Assembly: GCA_002269645.1 (NCBI GenBank)
Contig: NIVC01003906.1
Location: 6,331-70,330 of the forward strand
DNA from: Macrostomum lignano
Taxonomy: Eukaryota
Direction: 5' to 3'
Length of the DNA: 64,000 nt
Shown: piece after piece, positions 63,755-64,000 of the stretch
Layout: each line of letters starts with the position of its first letter
Numbering within the stretch: the stretch's first letter is position 1
Notes under the pieces: generated by a model
Seen by the model: only the letters and a program-made list of their open reading frames with translations
What the model was told of the DNA's origin: nothing
Databases searched by the model: none
Made by a program: the position numbers and the translations under genes

Positions 63755-64000
63755 AGAGCCATAAAACCCTCACTCTCTTATCTGTTATCTTAGAATTGAG
63801 AGCCATAAACCCTCACTCTCTTATCTCTTATCTTAGAAATTGAGAGCCATAAACCCTCACTCTCTATCTCTTATCTTAGAATTGAGGGCCATAAACCCTC
63901 ACTCTCTTATCTCTTATCTTAGACCTGAGAGCCATAAACCCTCACTCTCTTATCTCTTATCTTAGATCTGAGAGCCATAAACCCTCACTCTATTATCTCT
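63755..64000. repeat. ~43-bp minisatellite (GAGAGCCATAAACCCTCACTCTCTTATCTCTTATCTTAG...), runs off the window
   Basis: About 5-6 copies visible. Confidence 0.9.

Overview
Eukaryotic (animal) genomic DNA with spliceosomal introns, GC-rich Ala/Gln/Ser-rich exons and very dense mini- and microsatellites. The style resembles a free-living flatworm such as Macrostomum, but that is an inference. I rebuilt six host genes by hand from splice sites and reading phase: a divergent MATE/SLC47 transporter (+), axonemal dynein intermediate chain DNAI2 (-), a SAMD1-like chromatin reader with WH1-WH2-double PHD-SAM architecture (-), epsin (-), a small stand-alone death-domain protein (+), and the 3' part of a nicotinic acetylcholine receptor alpha subunit (-). 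Mobile DNA comprises a complete 6.57-kb hAT-like DNA transposon (16-bp TIRs, 8-bp TSD, 9-exon 1140-aa transposase that stays in frame across all eight introns), a full-length RNase H-containing LINE (13-bp TSD, TAATG stop-start overlap) and several tRNA-derived SINEs. Best leads: (1) an in-frame UGA-C plus GNRA hairpin in the MATE gene ahead of a TM13-like tail (candidate readthrough); (2) the SAMD1/KAT6 hybrid reader with no acetyltransferase; (3) the atypical hAT; (4) a candidate trans-splice acceptor before LINE ORF1; (5) sharply bounded CpG-void domains. All coordinates and counts were obtained by eye; no database searches were run.
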